From NCBI GenBank assembly GCA_902781655.1, contig CACZJZ010000018.1, positions 7,119 to 71,118 on the forward strand: a stretch of DNA of 64,000 bases. Direction: 5' to 3'. The DNA is from an uncultured Lachnospiraceae bacterium. GTDB lineage: Bacteria > Bacillota > Clostridia > Lachnospirales > Lachnospiraceae. A program made the position numbers and the translations under genes. Each line of letters begins with the position of its first letter. Positions within the stretch are counted from its first letter, which is position 1. Of the stretch, positions 1 to 11,084 are shown in pieces. Under the pieces are notes generated by a model, which saw only the letters and a program-made list of their open reading frames with translations, ran no database searches and was not told where the DNA came from.

Positions 1-1
1 G

Positions 2-655
2 TTTGCGGCATGGTCTCAGACCAAGTGCGCAAAGGCACAGGAAGAGGGTAAGTTCAAGGATGAGATCGTTCCGGTCACGGTGCATCAGAAGAAGCAGGAT
101 GTGATCGTGGACAAGGATGAGGGACCGAGAGGACCTCAGACGGCAGCGGACATCGCAAAGCTTCGCACCATCAACCCGGACGGCGTGACGACGGCGGCGA
201 ATGCCTCCGGCATCAACGACGGCGCAGCCGCGATGGTACTGATGAGTGAGGAAAAGGCGAAGGAGCTGGGAGTTAAGCCCATGGCGACCTGGGTTGCAGG
301 CGCGCTCGGCGGTGTCGATCCGGCGATCATGGGCGTGGGTCCGGTTGCCGCGACGCGCAAGGTGCTGACGAAGACCGGACTGACCATCGATGATTTTGAC
401 CTCTACGAGGCGAACGAGGCATTCGGTGCGCAGTCCGTCGCGGTCGGCAAGGAGCTTCATTTCGACATGAACAAGCTCAACGTCAACGGCGGCGCCATCG
501 CGCTCGGCCATCCGGTTGGAGCATCCGGCGCCCGGATTCTCACAACGCTTCTCTATGAGATGCAGAAGAGAAACAGCAAGCGTGGACTTGCAACCCTGTG
601 CATCGGCGGCGGCATGGGCTGCGCGACGGTTGTGGAGCGGTACGAGGAAAACTGA
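2..655 (+). CDS. thl: Acetyl-CoA acetyltransferase (thiolase), 5'-truncated by window edge
   Basis: Frame is open from base 2 (FAAWSQTKC...). Thiolase motifs [27 protein letters not shown] and CIGGGMG are present. First gene of the butyrate cluster. Confidence 0.95.
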   Translation, partial: FAAWSQTKCAKAQEEGKFKDEIVPVTVHQKKQDVIVDKDEGPRGPQTAADIAKLRTINPDGVTTAANASGINDGAAAMVLMSEEKAKELGVKPMATWVAGALGGVDPAIMGVGPVAATRKVLTKTGLTIDDFDLYEANEAFGAQSVAVGKELHFDMNKLNVNGGAIALGHPVGASGARILTTLLYEMQKRNSKRGLATLCIGGGMGCATVVERYEEN

Positions 656-751
656 TTCCGTAAGGAACATGAATGATTCTGCGGTCGGACAGAAAAATCT
701 GCCCGACCGTTCGGTGTGTCCGGACAAGCAGAAGAGATAGGAGAAGGCATC

Positions 752-1546
752 ATGAGCTTTGTTGATTATGCAGTTGAGGGCGCGGTCGGCACGATTACCA
801 TCAACCGGCCGCAGGCATTGAATGCGCTGAACAGCGCGGTACTGGACGATCTGAACGCCGTGCTCGACAATGTGGATCTGGATACAGTCCGCTGCCTGGT
901 TCTGACCGGCGCGGGAGAAAAGAGCTTTGTCGCCGGCGCGGACATCGGAGAGATGAGCACGCTGACGAAGGCCGAGGGAGAGACATTCGGCAAGAAGGGC
1001 AATGATGTGTTCCTGAAGATCGAATCCTTCCCGATCCCGGTGATCGCCGCGGTGAATGGGTTTGCGCTGGGCGGCGGCAATGAACTCGCCATGAGCTGCG
1101 ACATCCGGCTCTGTTCCGACAACGCGGTCTTCGGCCAGCCGGAGACAGGACTCGGCATCACGCCCGGTTTCGGCGGCACGCAGAGACTGGCCCGTCTGGT
1201 CGGCATGGGTATGGCGAAGCAGATGGTCTACGCTGCGGCGAATATCAAGGCGGATGAGGCATACCGCATCGGCCTGGTGAACGCGGTGTATCCGCAGGAA
1301 GAGCTTCTCCCTGCCGCGCAGAAGCTGGCGGCAAGAATCGCCTCCATGGCGCCGATCGCCGTCAGAGCGGCAAAGGCAGCCATCAACGAGGGCTGCCAGG
1401 TCTCCATCGACAGCGGCGTACGCATCGAGGAGGAAAAGTTCGGCAGCTGCTTCGAGACGGAGGATCAGAAGGAAGGCATGGCGAACTTCCTCCGGAAGAA
1501 GGACGATCCGAAGAAGGTCAAGCACGTAGCGTTCCAGAATAAGTAA
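752..1546 (+). CDS. crt: Crotonase (enoyl-CoA hydratase)
   Basis: FVAGADI and GFALGGGNELAMSCD motifs; ATG at 752 after a GGAGAAGG RBS; operon context. Confidence 0.93.
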   Translation: MSFVDYAVEGAVGTITINRPQALNALNSAVLDDLNAVLDNVDLDTVRCLVLTGAGEKSFVAGADIGEMSTLTKAEGETFGKKGNDVFLKIESFPIPVIAAVNGFALGGGNELAMSCDIRLCSDNAVFGQPETGLGITPGFGGTQRLARLVGMGMAKQMVYAAANIKADEAYRIGLVNAVYPQEELLPAAQKLAARIASMAPIAVRAAKAAINEGCQVSIDSGVRIEEEKFGSCFETEDQKEGMANFLRKKDDPKKVKHVAFQNK

Positions 1547-1671
1547 GCAAAGCCGCAGGGCAGTGAGCAAACGGATAGGAACAGGATATACTGGCTGTCT
1601 TTACCCGGCAGCCTTGTATCAAAATAGAGAAACCATGATTCTTGAAAGCAAAATTTTGCAGGAGGAATGAC

Positions 1672-2550
1672 ATGAAGGTAGCGGTTATCGGTGCCGGCAC
1701 CATGGGAGCCGGGATTGCCCAGACATTTGCACAGTGCGACGAGGTCGAGAAGGTTTATCTGTGCGACATTAAGCAGGAGTTCGCAGACGGCGGACTGAAG
1801 AAGGTCAGGAAGAACCTGGATCGTCTGGTGGCAAAGGGAAAGATGGATCAGGCGAAGGAGGATGCGATTCTCGCCAAGTTCCAGACCGGCCTCAACACGC
1901 AGGCAGTCGATCCGGATCTCGTGGTCGAGGCAGCGCTTGAAGTCATGGACATCAAGAAGAACTGCTTCAAGGAGCTGCAGGAGAACATCGTGAAGAACGA
2001 GAACTGCATCTATGCCTCCAACACCTCTTCTCTGTCCATCACCGAGATCGGATCCGGTCTTCCGAAGCCGATCATCGGCATGCACTTCTTCAATCCGGCT
2101 CCGGTCATGAAGCTGGTTGAGGTGATCCAGGGCGCGAACACGCCGGCGGAGACAGTTGAGAAGGTCAAGGAGATCGCTGTCAAGCTCGGCAAGACACCTG
2201 TCCAGGTCAATGAGGCTCCAGGCTTTGTCGTCAACCGGATTCTTGTTCCGATGATCAACGAAGGTATCTTTGTCTATGCAGAGGGCGTTTCCGATATCCA
2301 GGGCATCGACACGGCGATGAAGCTCGGCTGCAATCATCCGATGGGGCCGCTGGAACTCGGCGATTATATCGGCCTTGATATCGTGCTTGCCATTATGGAC
2401 GTTCTGTACAAGGAGACCGGCGATTCCAAGTACCGCGCCTGCCCGCTGCTCCGCAAGATGGTGCGCGCAAAGCACCTCGGCGTGAAGACCGGCATCGGAT
2501 TCTACAAGTATAACGAAGACCGCACCAAGACCCCTGTGGATCAGCTTTAA
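1672..2550 (+). CDS. hbd: 3-hydroxybutyryl-CoA dehydrogenase
   Basis: VIGAGTMGAG Rossmann motif, SNTSSLSI, GMHFFNP, NHPMGPL; AGGAGG RBS. Confidence 0.95.
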   Translation: MKVAVIGAGTMGAGIAQTFAQCDEVEKVYLCDIKQEFADGGLKKVRKNLDRLVAKGKMDQAKEDAILAKFQTGLNTQAVDPDLVVEAALEVMDIKKNCFKELQENIVKNENCIYASNTSSLSITEIGSGLPKPIIGMHFFNPAPVMKLVEVIQGANTPAETVEKVKEIAVKLGKTPVQVNEAPGFVVNRILVPMINEGIFVYAEGVSDIQGIDTAMKLGCNHPMGPLELGDYIGLDIVLAIMDVLYKETGDSKYRACPLLRKMVRAKHLGVKTGIGFYKYNEDRTKTPVDQL

Positions 2551-2682
2551 TCTGGTCCGGGGCATTGAAAGGGCCATAACGGAGCTGACGCGCCGCCATG
2601 GCCCATCGCCATGCCGCGGCGCGGGAAATAAAAGCCCGATCGTTTGCGGCAGCGGTATTCAAAATCATGAAGGAGACAGATC

Positions 2683-3840
2683 ATGGATTTTACATTAGAC
2701 AAGAAGCATCTGATGGCAAGACAGCTGTTCAAGGATTTTGCCGAGAAGGAAGTCAAGCCGCTTGCACAGGAGATTGATGAGACGGAGCGCTTCCCCCGAG
2801 AGACGGTGGAGAAGATGGCAAAGGCCGGATTCATGGGCATCTCGATTCCGAAGGAATATGGCGGACAGGGCTGCGATCCGTTGACCTATGTGATGTGCAT
2901 CGAGGAGCTTGCCAAGCAGTGCGGCACCACAGCCGTCATTGTTTCCGCACACAGCTCTCTCTGCGCAGATCCGATTCTGATGTTCGGCACCGAAGAGCAG
3001 AAGCAGAAGTATCTGCCCGATCTCGCTGCAGGCCGCAAGCTTGGCGCATTCGGACTGACGGAACCCGGCGCCGGAACGGACGCGCAGGGCGTGCAGACCA
3101 AGGCTGTGAAAGATGAGGACGGAAACTGGGTTATCAACGGCTCCAAGATCTTCATCACCAACGGCAAGGAAGCGGATGTATATGTGATCTTTGCCCAGAC
3201 CGGAACGAAGCTGGATAAGAAGGGCCGCACGCAGAAGACCTTCACCGCATTCATTCTGGAGAAGGGCATGCCCGGATTCACCTTCGGCACGAAGGAGAAC
3301 AAGATGGGTATCCGCGCTTCTGCCACCTATGAGCTGGTCTTCAACGACGTGAAGGTTTCTGACGCGCAGCGCCTCGGTGCGGAGGGCAAGGGATTCCCGA
3401 TCGCGATGCATACGCTGGACGGCGGTCGTATCGGTATTGCGGCGCAGGCTCTCGGCCTCGCGGAGGGCGCCCTTGACAGAACCGTCGCCTATGTGAAGGA
3501 GAGAAAGCAGTTCGGCCGTGCGCTGGCTCAGTTCCAGAATACCCAGTTCCAGCTGGCTGATATGGCGACAAAGTGCCAGGCTGCCCAGTATCTTGTCTAT
3601 GCGGCGGCAAATGCAAAGGCAACGAAGGACCGCTACTCCGTGGAAGCAGCTATGGCAAAGCTCTGCGCAGCAGAGGTGGCGATGGAAGTCACCACCAAGG
3701 CGGTGCAGCTGCACGGCGGCTATGGCTACATGAAGGAATACGATGTCGAGCGCATGATGCGGGATGCCAAGATCACGGAGATCTATGAGGGCACGAGCGA
3801 AGTGCAGAGAATGGTCATCAGCGGCGCGCTGCTGAAGTAA
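2683..3840 (+). CDS. bcd: Butyryl-CoA dehydrogenase
   Basis: FGLTEPGAGTD, NGSKIFITN, GGYGY and IYEGTSEVQR acyl-CoA dehydrogenase motifs; lies next to etfB/etfA. Confidence 0.95.
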   Translation: MDFTLDKKHLMARQLFKDFAEKEVKPLAQEIDETERFPRETVEKMAKAGFMGISIPKEYGGQGCDPLTYVMCIEELAKQCGTTAVIVSAHSSLCADPILMFGTEEQKQKYLPDLAAGRKLGAFGLTEPGAGTDAQGVQTKAVKDEDGNWVINGSKIFITNGKEADVYVIFAQTGTKLDKKGRTQKTFTAFILEKGMPGFTFGTKENKMGIRASATYELVFNDVKVSDAQRLGAEGKGFPIAMHTLDGGRIGIAAQALGLAEGALDRTVAYVKERKQFGRALAQFQNTQFQLADMATKCQAAQYLVYAAANAKATKDRYSVEAAMAKLCAAEVAMEVTTKAVQLHGGYGYMKEYDVERMMRDAKITEIYEGTSEVQRMVISGALLK

Positions 3841-4046
3841 GCGTGTCTGCTGTCCGGCAGGACAGGCCGGAAAATGTACCATGCATGGAAGAATCAGGCT
3901 TGAACGTGGCGCAGACACACCATGTTCAGACTGACATTGTGCCGCTGGCACCAATGTCCCGGCCCGGGAGACGGCTCATTCGGGCAGTTCTCCTGCGGGA
4001 GCCGCATAACATGCGGCAAAGGGTATAATTTTGAAGGAGAGAATCA

Positions 4047-4841
4047 ATGAAAATTGTTGTCTGTGTAAAACAGGTACCCGATACCAAGGGCGGCGTCGTG
4101 TTCAATCCCGACGGAACGCTGAACAGAGCTGCAATGCTCGCAATCATGAATCCGGACGACAAGGCAGGCCTTGAGGCTGCGCTGGAGCTGAAGGACAAGT
4201 ACGGCGCAGAGGTGACGGTTCTGACGATGGGCCTTCCGAAGGCAGACGAAGTGCTCCGCGAAGCGATGGCGATGGGCGCTGACAAGGGAGTGCTTGTCAC
4301 CGACCGTGTGCTCGGCGGTGCGGACACCTGGGCGACGTCCCAGACGATTGCCGGCGCGATCCGCAATCTGGACTATGATCTGATTATCACCGGCCGTCAG
4401 GCAATCGACGGCGATACGGCGCAGGTCGGACCGGAGGTCGCGGAGCATCTGCATCTGCCGATGGTCACCTATGTACAGAAAATCGTCGATTACGACGAGG
4501 CGGCCAAGACCATTACCGTGGAGCGCCAGTTCGATGACCGCTACATGGTGGTCAAGGCAAAGCTGCCCTGCGTTCTGACCGCGCTGGGCGAGCTCGCAGA
4601 GCCCCGCTATATGACTCCTGGCGGAATCTTTGATGCGTTTGACAAGGAAGTGACTGTCTGGGGCAGGAAGGATCTGAAGGATGTGCTTGACAGCGATCTC
4701 GGCAAGGTCGGTTCACCGACGCAGATCGCCAAGGCGTCCGACAAGGTACGCAAGGGTGCCGGCGAAGTGAAGAAGGATCTTTCCCCTGCGGAAGCGGTCG
4801 ACTACATTGTGGAGAAGCTGCAGGCAAAGCATATCATCTGA
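4047..4841 (+). CDS. etfB: Electron transfer flavoprotein beta subunit
   Basis: MKIVVCVKQVPDT start and GRQAIDGDTAQVGP motif. Confidence 0.95.
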   Translation: MKIVVCVKQVPDTKGGVVFNPDGTLNRAAMLAIMNPDDKAGLEAALELKDKYGAEVTVLTMGLPKADEVLREAMAMGADKGVLVTDRVLGGADTWATSQTIAGAIRNLDYDLIITGRQAIDGDTAQVGPEVAEHLHLPMVTYVQKIVDYDEAAKTITVERQFDDRYMVVKAKLPCVLTALGELAEPRYMTPGGIFDAFDKEVTVWGRKDLKDVLDSDLGKVGSPTQIAKASDKVRKGAGEVKKDLSPAEAVDYIVEKLQAKHII

Positions 4842-4932
4842 CAAGACGCCGTCCCTGTCGCCGGTGTCCCGGGCGCGCGGAAATAACGGCGCGGCCGGCA
4901 GTGGATATTCATGGAGAATAAGGAGTCATAAA

Positions 4933-5941
4933 ATGGCAACAGCAAATAAGGAACAGTATAAAGGGGTATACATCTATGCCCAGCAGGTCGACGGCGAGCT
5001 CTCCGGCATCGCGCTGGAGCTTGTCGGAAAGGGAAAGGAACTGGCAGCTGACCTCGACACACAGGTCACGGCTGTTCTCATTGGTTCCGGCATCCGTGGA
5101 CTGGCGGATGAGCTTGGCGAGTATGGCGCGGACCGTGTCATCGTGGTCGATGATCCGGAGCTGAAGGATTACAGAACAGAGCCTTACGCGCATGCACTTG
5201 CCAGCGTCATCAATGAGTACAAGCCGGATGTGATGCTTGTCGGCGCAACGGCGATTGGCCGCGATCTCGGCCCCTGTGTTGCAGCGAGAGTGCACACCGG
5301 TCTGACGGCGGACTGCACGAGCCTTGCAATCGGCGACTTCCCGCTGAACCCGATTCCGGGTCAGGAGGACAAGCAGCTCCACAAGCAGCTGCTCATGACA
5401 GATGGCGACGGTCCGTCCTGGTGTCATGCAGAAGGGCGAGCGTGTGCCTGGTCGCAAGGCTGAGGTGATTGATTACAACCCTGGCTTCACACCGGACAAT
5501 CGCTACACCGAGATCCTGGAGATTGTGAAGAACACGAAGAAGGTCGCTGACATCATGGATGCGAAGATTCTTGTCTCCGGCGGACGTGGACTCGGCAGCG
5601 CTGAGAACTTTGCGATCCTCGATGATCTTGCAGCTGCCATCGGCGGCACTGTTTCCTGCTCCCGCGCAGTGGTCGATGCGGGCTGGAAGCCGAAAGATCT
5701 GCAGGTCGGCCAGACCGGAAAGACTGTCCGCCCGCAGGTGTACTTTGCCATCGGCATCTCTGGCGCCATCCAGCATCTCGCCGGAATGGAAGAGTCCGAT
5801 ATGATCATTGCGATCAACAAGGACGAGTCCGCACCGATTTTCGCCGTAGCAGATTACGGCGTGGTCGGCGATCTGTTCAAGATCGTGCCGAAGCTGACGG
5901 AGAAGATCAGGGAAGTCAGGGCTGCGGCAGCACAGAACTGA
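4933..5941 (+). pseudogene. etfA: Electron transfer flavoprotein alpha subunit, frameshifted at about 5400 by an apparent deletion (real or assembly error)
   Basis: The N-part (ATG 4933, GRDLGP...HTGLTADCT...QLLMT) and the C-part (MATVRPGVM...[11 protein letters not shown]...GISGAIQH) are in different frames. The conserved RPAFGG segment normally found between them is absent. Confidence 0.85.
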
Positions 5942-6075
5942 TCCCTGTTCCAGTGCACGCGGCCTGCTGCGCAGGATAATTCACAGGGAAGCTTCCTGTC
6001 TGGCTGGCGCAGAACGCGGATTATAGTACAAAATATTGGCTTGCAGGGACTTCTGAAATGCCGCCTGCAAATCAG

Positions 6076-6111
6076 AAGGCGCACCCGGGAAATCGACGGG
6101 TGCGCCTTTTT
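6076..6111 (+). terminator. Rho-independent terminator after the butyrate operon
   Basis: AAGGCGCACCCG...CGGGTGCGCCTT stem followed by a T-run. Confidence 0.75.
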
Positions 6112-6210
6112 GAACCAAAAATATATGAATTGGAACAAAAAACGGATTGACCTTTTGTCAGACTTTGGCATGATGTAAGAGGGATCAACATTCATCAGGG
6201 GGTATTTATC

Positions 6211-9200
6211 ATGAATCAGGAATTTGAGGAAGCTATTGTCAGAGATCCGCGGGTCTTCAAGCAGAATGCCATGCCGGCACATTCGGATCATCTTGTCTGT
6301 CAGACCTGGGAGGAACAGGAGAAGGGCGTGTCCGGATTTCGCTGGTCCCTGAACGGTCTATGGAAGTTTGCCCTGGCGCGCACACCGAAGGAGGCGCCGC
6401 AGGGGTTCTGGAAACAGGATTATGACTGTTCCCGCTGGGAAGATATCCGGGTCCCGTCGCCGATCCAGCTCGAGGGACATGGAGAGCCGGGATACCAGAA
6501 TGTGGCTTATCCCTGGGACGGGCATGAGGCGATCGATCCCGGCGACATTCCGGAGGGCTTCAATCCCACGGCCTGCTATGTGAAGGAATTCGTCATCCCG
6601 GAGGAGGCGGCGCGGCGCCCGCTGTTCATCAGCTTTCAAGGCGTGGAGAGCGGATTCGCACTCTGGATGAACGGGCAGTACGTCGGGTACAGTGAGGATA
6701 CCTTCACGCCCACTGAGTTTGACCTTACTCCATATCGGAAGGCGGGCGTCAATCGCATCGCGGTGAAAAATTACCGGTGGACCGCAGGCGCCTGGCTCGA
6801 GGATCAGGATTTCTTCCGCCTCTCAGGTATTTTCCGCGATGTTTATCTGTTTACCACGCCGGAGGCTCATCTCTATGATCTGCGCATCCGCGCTGTGCCG
6901 GAAGAGAATCTGCAGCGGGCGGAGCTTGCCGTCACATGGAACCTGGTGCTGTCGGAGGGCGCGGCGCCCGGTCATGCCGCGGTGCGTTACACCCTGCTGC
7001 GTGCGGGAAAGACCGTTCTGACCGGTACAGCCTCTGCCGCAGAGGGAAGAAAGATTCTCTTCGGACAGGATACCACGCTGACCGCAGAGCAGATGAAAGA
7101 GGGACGCACCGGGAATACCAGCGCAGTGCATCCTGTTAGTGCGTATCAGATCGCGACAGTGGATATCGTGGAGTCCCCTGCGCTGTGGAGCGCGGAGGAT
7201 CCGCAGCTCTACGATCTGAAGATCGAGGTGCTCGGCACGGACGGCACCTGCACGGAAGTGGCGCTGGAGAAGGTCGGATTCCGCCGGTTTGAGAAAAAGG
7301 ACGGGATTCTCTGCCTCAACGGAAAGCGCCTTGTATTTCGCGGCGTCAACCGCCATGAATTCTTCGCGGACAGCGGGAGAACACCGCAGCCTGACAAAAT
7401 CCGGGACGATGTCATCACCATGAAGCGGGCCAATATCAACGCGGTCCGTACCTGTCATTATCCGGATGCCTCCGTCATCTACCGGCTCTGCGACGAAATG
7501 GGTCTTTACATGATCGCAGAGAACAACATGGAGACCCATGGCGTGTGGCAGGCCTACGCGTCCGGCTGGAAGGATATCGAATACTGCGTGCCGGGGAACC
7601 GGCCGGAGTACCTGGAGCTGGTGATGGACCGGGTCAATTCCTGCTATCAGCGGGACAAGAACCACCCGGCTATCCTGATCTGGTCCGACGGCAATGAGTC
7701 CTACAGCGGCACGGATGTGCAGGCGATGACGGATAAATTCCACGCGCTCGATCCGGACCGGCTGGTGCATTACGAGGGCATCAGCCACGATCCCAGAACG
7801 CCGCAGGTCTCGGATATGTACTCGCAGATGTATACGCCGGCGGAGAAGATACCGGAATTTCTCCGGGAGCATACGGACCGCCCGCTCATTTTGTGCGAGT
7901 ACACGCATTCCATGGGAAATTCCAACGGCGGCATGTTCCGCTACCGCGATCTGGAGGAGCGGGAGCCGCGGTTCCAGGGCGGGTTCATCTGGGACTTTGT
8001 GGACCAGGCGTTTACGAAGAAAAACCGCTTCGGAGAATGGACGCAGGCGTACGGGGGAGATTTTGGCGAGCATCCCACGGACTATGAATTCAGCGGCAAT
8101 GGGATCGTGGACAGCCTCCGCCGCCCGTACGGCAAAATGCAGGAAGTGAAGTTCCTGTATCAGGCGATCCGGGCGGAGGTCGACACAGATGCCTGGACCG
8201 TCAGAGTCATCAACAAGAATGATTTTGTCGGGACGGACGCCTTCGACTGCTCTGCGAGACTGGAGCGGGAGGGGGAACTTGTGCAGGAGCTGCCGGTGCA
8301 GACGTCTGCCGCACCGCTCTCGGAGGAGGTCTGCGCGCTTCCGCTCTCCCGTCCGCAGGAGTCCGGGGAATACACGGTGACGGTCTCTTTCCGCCTCAGG
8401 AACGCGACAGACTGGGCCTGCCGGGGTTATGAGGTGGCCTTCGGGCAGAGCGCGTTCCGGATCAGCGGGGCGCGGCAGATTCCGCAGGCAGACCGGACCG
8501 GCTGCAGCGCAGCGCCGTCGGCGGCGTTCGGCGCGCTGAAGGGCTTTGCGCCGCTGCAGAGGCTGACCGTGATCCGGGGCGTAGAGGACATCGGCGTGTA
8601 CGGAGAGAATTTCGAGGTCCAGTTTTCCATGAGGCTCTGCAGACTGGTATCGTATGTCTACGGCGGGAAGGAACTGATCGGCAAATGCCCGGCGCCGAGC
8701 TTCTGGAGGGCACCCACGTCCAATGACGACGGAAACTTCATGGCGGCAAGACAGGGGATCTGGAAGCTGGCGAGCGAATATGCGGATGCGAGGCTGGCCG
8801 TCGTGGAGGATGCCTACCGCCATGTGAAGGGAATGCCCTATCCGGTCGTGGCACCGCGTATTCAGAGCGGTGAGGACCGCTTCTCCATCGGGTGGACGAT
8901 GATGATGCCGACGGTGCCGACCAGCGCGGTGGATATGACATATACCGTCACTGCGGACGGAACGGTCCGTATCGACATGGCTTACGAACCCACACCCGGC
9001 CTGCCGCCGATGCCGGAGTTCGGCATGAAGCTGGCGGTGGATGCCGACTATGACCATATCACCTGGTACGGAAATGGCCCGGAGGAGACCTACATTGACC
9101 GGGAAGAGGGCGGTAAGCTCGGCGTATATTCTGCGCTGGCGTCAGAGATGGTGCAGCCTTATCTTGTTCCGCAGGAGACCGGAAACCATACCGGGGTGCG

Positions 9201-9516
9201 CTGGGCGAGAGTGACCGACCGCCGGGGCAGAGGACTGCTGTTCACGGCTGCCGGCGGATATCTCGGTTCCCGCAGTGCGGCGGCAAAGGACGGAGCGCCG
9301 GTCATGAATTTTTCCGCGCTGCCCTGGTCGCCGGAGCAGATCGAGGAAGCAAAGCACGTCTGGGAGCTGCCGAGACCGTGCTGCACGACGATACGCTGCG
9401 CGGTGATGCAGCAGGGGGTTGCCGGCGACGACAGCTGGGGCGCGAGGACCCTCCCGCAGTTCCTTGTGGACAGCGGAGAACGGATCGGCTTCTCGGTCAC
9501 GATGAAGGGTATCTGA
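6211..9516 (+). CDS. lacZ: Beta-galactosidase, glycoside hydrolase family 2 (LacZ-type)
   Basis: 1101 aa. GVNRHE, WSDGNES (acid/base Glu), LCEYTHSMGNS (nucleophile region), GGFIWDFVDQ. Confidence 0.9.
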   Translation: MNQEFEEAIVRDPRVFKQNAMPAHSDHLVCQTWEEQEKGVSGFRWSLNGLWKFALARTPKEAPQGFWKQDYDCSRWEDIRVPSPIQLEGHGEPGYQNVAYPWDGHEAIDPGDIPEGFNPTACYVKEFVIPEEAARRPLFISFQGVESGFALWMNGQYVGYSEDTFTPTEFDLTPYRKAGVNRIAVKNYRWTAGAWLEDQDFFRLSGIFRDVYLFTTPEAHLYDLRIRAVPEENLQRAELAVTWNLVLSEGAAPGHAAVRYTLLRAGKTVLTGTASAAEGRKILFGQDTTLTAEQMKEGRTGNTSAVHPVSAYQIATVDIVESPALWSAEDPQLYDLKIEVLGTDGTCTEVALEKVGFRRFEKKDGILCLNGKRLVFRGVNRHEFFADSGRTPQPDKIRDDVITMKRANINAVRTCHYPDASVIYRLCDEMGLYMIAENNMETHGVWQAYASGWKDIEYCVPGNRPEYLELVMDRVNSCYQRDKNHPAILIWSDGNESYSGTDVQAMTDKFHALDPDRLVHYEGISHDPRTPQVSDMYSQMYTPAEKIPEFLREHTDRPLILCEYTHSMGNSNGGMFRYRDLEEREPRFQGGFIWDFVDQAFTKKNRFGEWTQAYGGDFGEHPTDYEFSGNGIVDSLRRPYGKMQEVKFLYQAIRAEVDTDAWTVRVINKNDFVGTDAFDCSARLEREGELVQELPVQTSAAPLSEEVCALPLSRPQESGEYTVTVSFRLRNATDWACRGYEVAFGQSAFRISGARQIPQADRTGCSAAPSAAFGALKGFAPLQRLTVIRGVEDIGVYGENFEVQFSMRLCRLVSYVYGGKELIGKCPAPSFWRAPTSNDDGNFMAARQGIWKLASEYADARLAVVEDAYRHVKGMPYPVVAPRIQSGEDRFSIGWTMMMPTVPTSAVDMTYTVTADGTVRIDMAYEPTPGLPPMPEFGMKLAVDADYDHITWYGNGPEETYIDREEGGKLGVYSALASEMVQPYLVPQETGNHTGVRWARVTDRRGRGLLFTAAGGYLGSRSAAAKDGAPVMNFSALPWSPEQIEEAKHVWELPRPCCTTIRCAVMQQGVAGDDSWGARTLPQFLVDSGERIGFSVTMKGI

Positions 9517-9536
9517 GGCGCCCGATGTGGGCAGGC

Positions 9537-10949
9537 TCATGAAACGGCTGCAGAGGCCTCCAGAATCGCACGGCAGAGTTCATGCGGATAAAGTCCCGTC
9601 AGGCCCTCCGGGTCGCACAGAGGGCCGTTCTGGAGGTCCCAGCGCATCAGGTTCCCGGTGAGGTAGGACGGCCCGCATGGCTTGGTCGAATAGTGTCTGC
9701 TCCATTCCGGGAAATAGCGGACCATGATGCCTGTTGCGGCCTCCATGGCCATACTGCTGTAGTGTCCCTCCCGGGTGACTGTGCCGGAGACCTGGACGCC
9801 GCCGTTCGGGGTGCTGTGGATCAGCATGACGCTGCCATCCCGGTATTGGCCGAGACTGATCCAGACGTGACCGTTCAGGCTGACAATGTCGCCCGGACGG
9901 TAATAGGTGATCTCCTCCCGCGGGACGAAACGCCCGAAGCCGCGCGCGGCGAAGGTCTGTGCCATCGCGGTCGAGGACATGACATATCCAGGCTCCTCTC
10001 CGTCTTTCCGGGCAAAGATCTGGTACAACGCCCAGCCGACGAACCCGGAGCAGTCCAGTCCATTCCCATGCTCGAACCGGTGCTGCCGGTAATTATAGTG
10101 GCCGGCATGCCCGTCAAAATAGGTATGCCAGGCCGGATTTTCGCCGAGCGTGAGGCCGTCCTTCCCGGCGCCCGAGTCCGCTTCGTTCCAGCCGCCTCCC
10201 CATACATACAATGTATGGCCGCAGGGCTGGAACGCATGGGTCAGGAACGCGCGCAGCGTCGGCCTGTCATGCGGTTCTGCCTTCACAGAACGGCGGACCA
10301 TGGCGGCAAAATACCGGAAGAGCGGTGCGCCGTCTGCCACCCCTTCCATCGCGGTATCCCAGCAGTTGACCTCCGGGTGCCACTGCGTGCCGAGGATCGG
10401 AAGCGTGTCGTGCACGATCATCTCGGCGACGCCGTCCCGGCTCTTCTGAATACAGCGAAGGCCTTCGCCGAGCTTTCCCAGGGCCTGATGATGGTAGCTG
10501 TTGGTCACGACGCTTCCGCCATACATATCGTAGAGAAACGTGCCGGGCAGAATCTCTGTCTCGTGGTATTCTCCGGAGTCATCCGCGTGATAGCAGTGAC
10601 GTGAGCGGAGCGGCTCGGGCAGATCCTGAATGAGCGTGCCGCCGAGGCCGACGTTGATGACCTGACAGCCCTTGCAGATGCCGAGCACCGGCCTGCCGGC
10701 ATCTGCAAACCGGTGGAAGAGTCCGAGCTGCACCTCATCCAGAGCGCGGTTGATGCCGCGGCTCCCCATGTTCTCCTGATGAAAGAAGGCGGGATCGATA
10801 TCGGATCCGCCGGGCAGAATCAGCGCGTCGTAAGAGTCCGCGTCCTCCGGGATCCGGTCAGTACAGGTATAGGCAAAGCCGAGGTGCTCCATGGCTTTCT
10901 GGTAGCGCGGCGTGTTCTCCGCTTTATTGGCAATCAGAATTTTGATCAT
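9537..10949 (-). CDS. Fusion protein: peptidase C26 (gamma-glutamyl hydrolase-type, class I GATase fold) plus NlpC/P60-like cysteine peptidase
   Basis: N-half has PGGSDIDP, LGICKGCQ and QWHPE. C-half has LYVWGGG, GLDCSGFVGW, GHVW and IHS. No signal peptide is visible. Confidence 0.8.
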   Translation of the reverse strand: MIKILIANKAENTPRYQKAMEHLGFAYTCTDRIPEDADSYDALILPGGSDIDPAFFHQENMGSRGINRALDEVQLGLFHRFADAGRPVLGICKGCQVINVGLGGTLIQDLPEPLRSRHCYHADDSGEYHETEILPGTFLYDMYGGSVVTNSYHHQALGKLGEGLRCIQKSRDGVAEMIVHDTLPILGTQWHPEVNCWDTAMEGVADGAPLFRYFAAMVRRSVKAEPHDRPTLRAFLTHAFQPCGHTLYVWGGGWNEADSGAGKDGLTLGENPAWHTYFDGHAGHYNYRQHRFEHGNGLDCSGFVGWALYQIFARKDGEEPGYVMSSTAMAQTFAARGFGRFVPREEITYYRPGDIVSLNGHVWISLGQYRDGSVMLIHSTPNGGVQVSGTVTREGHYSSMAMEAATGIMVRYFPEWSRHYSTKPCGPSYLTGNLMRWDLQNGPLCDPEGLTGLYPHELCRAILEASAAVS

Positions 10950-11084
10950 ATCGATCCTCCTTCTTTTAGATGGTAGTTGTGATCGGTTTCCAGATGCGGC
11001 TGGATGTACAGTGTATGCACAGGACGCACATCTGAGAAATACGAACGCCCCATGATTCCGGTTTGGAATGCATGGGGCTGATCG

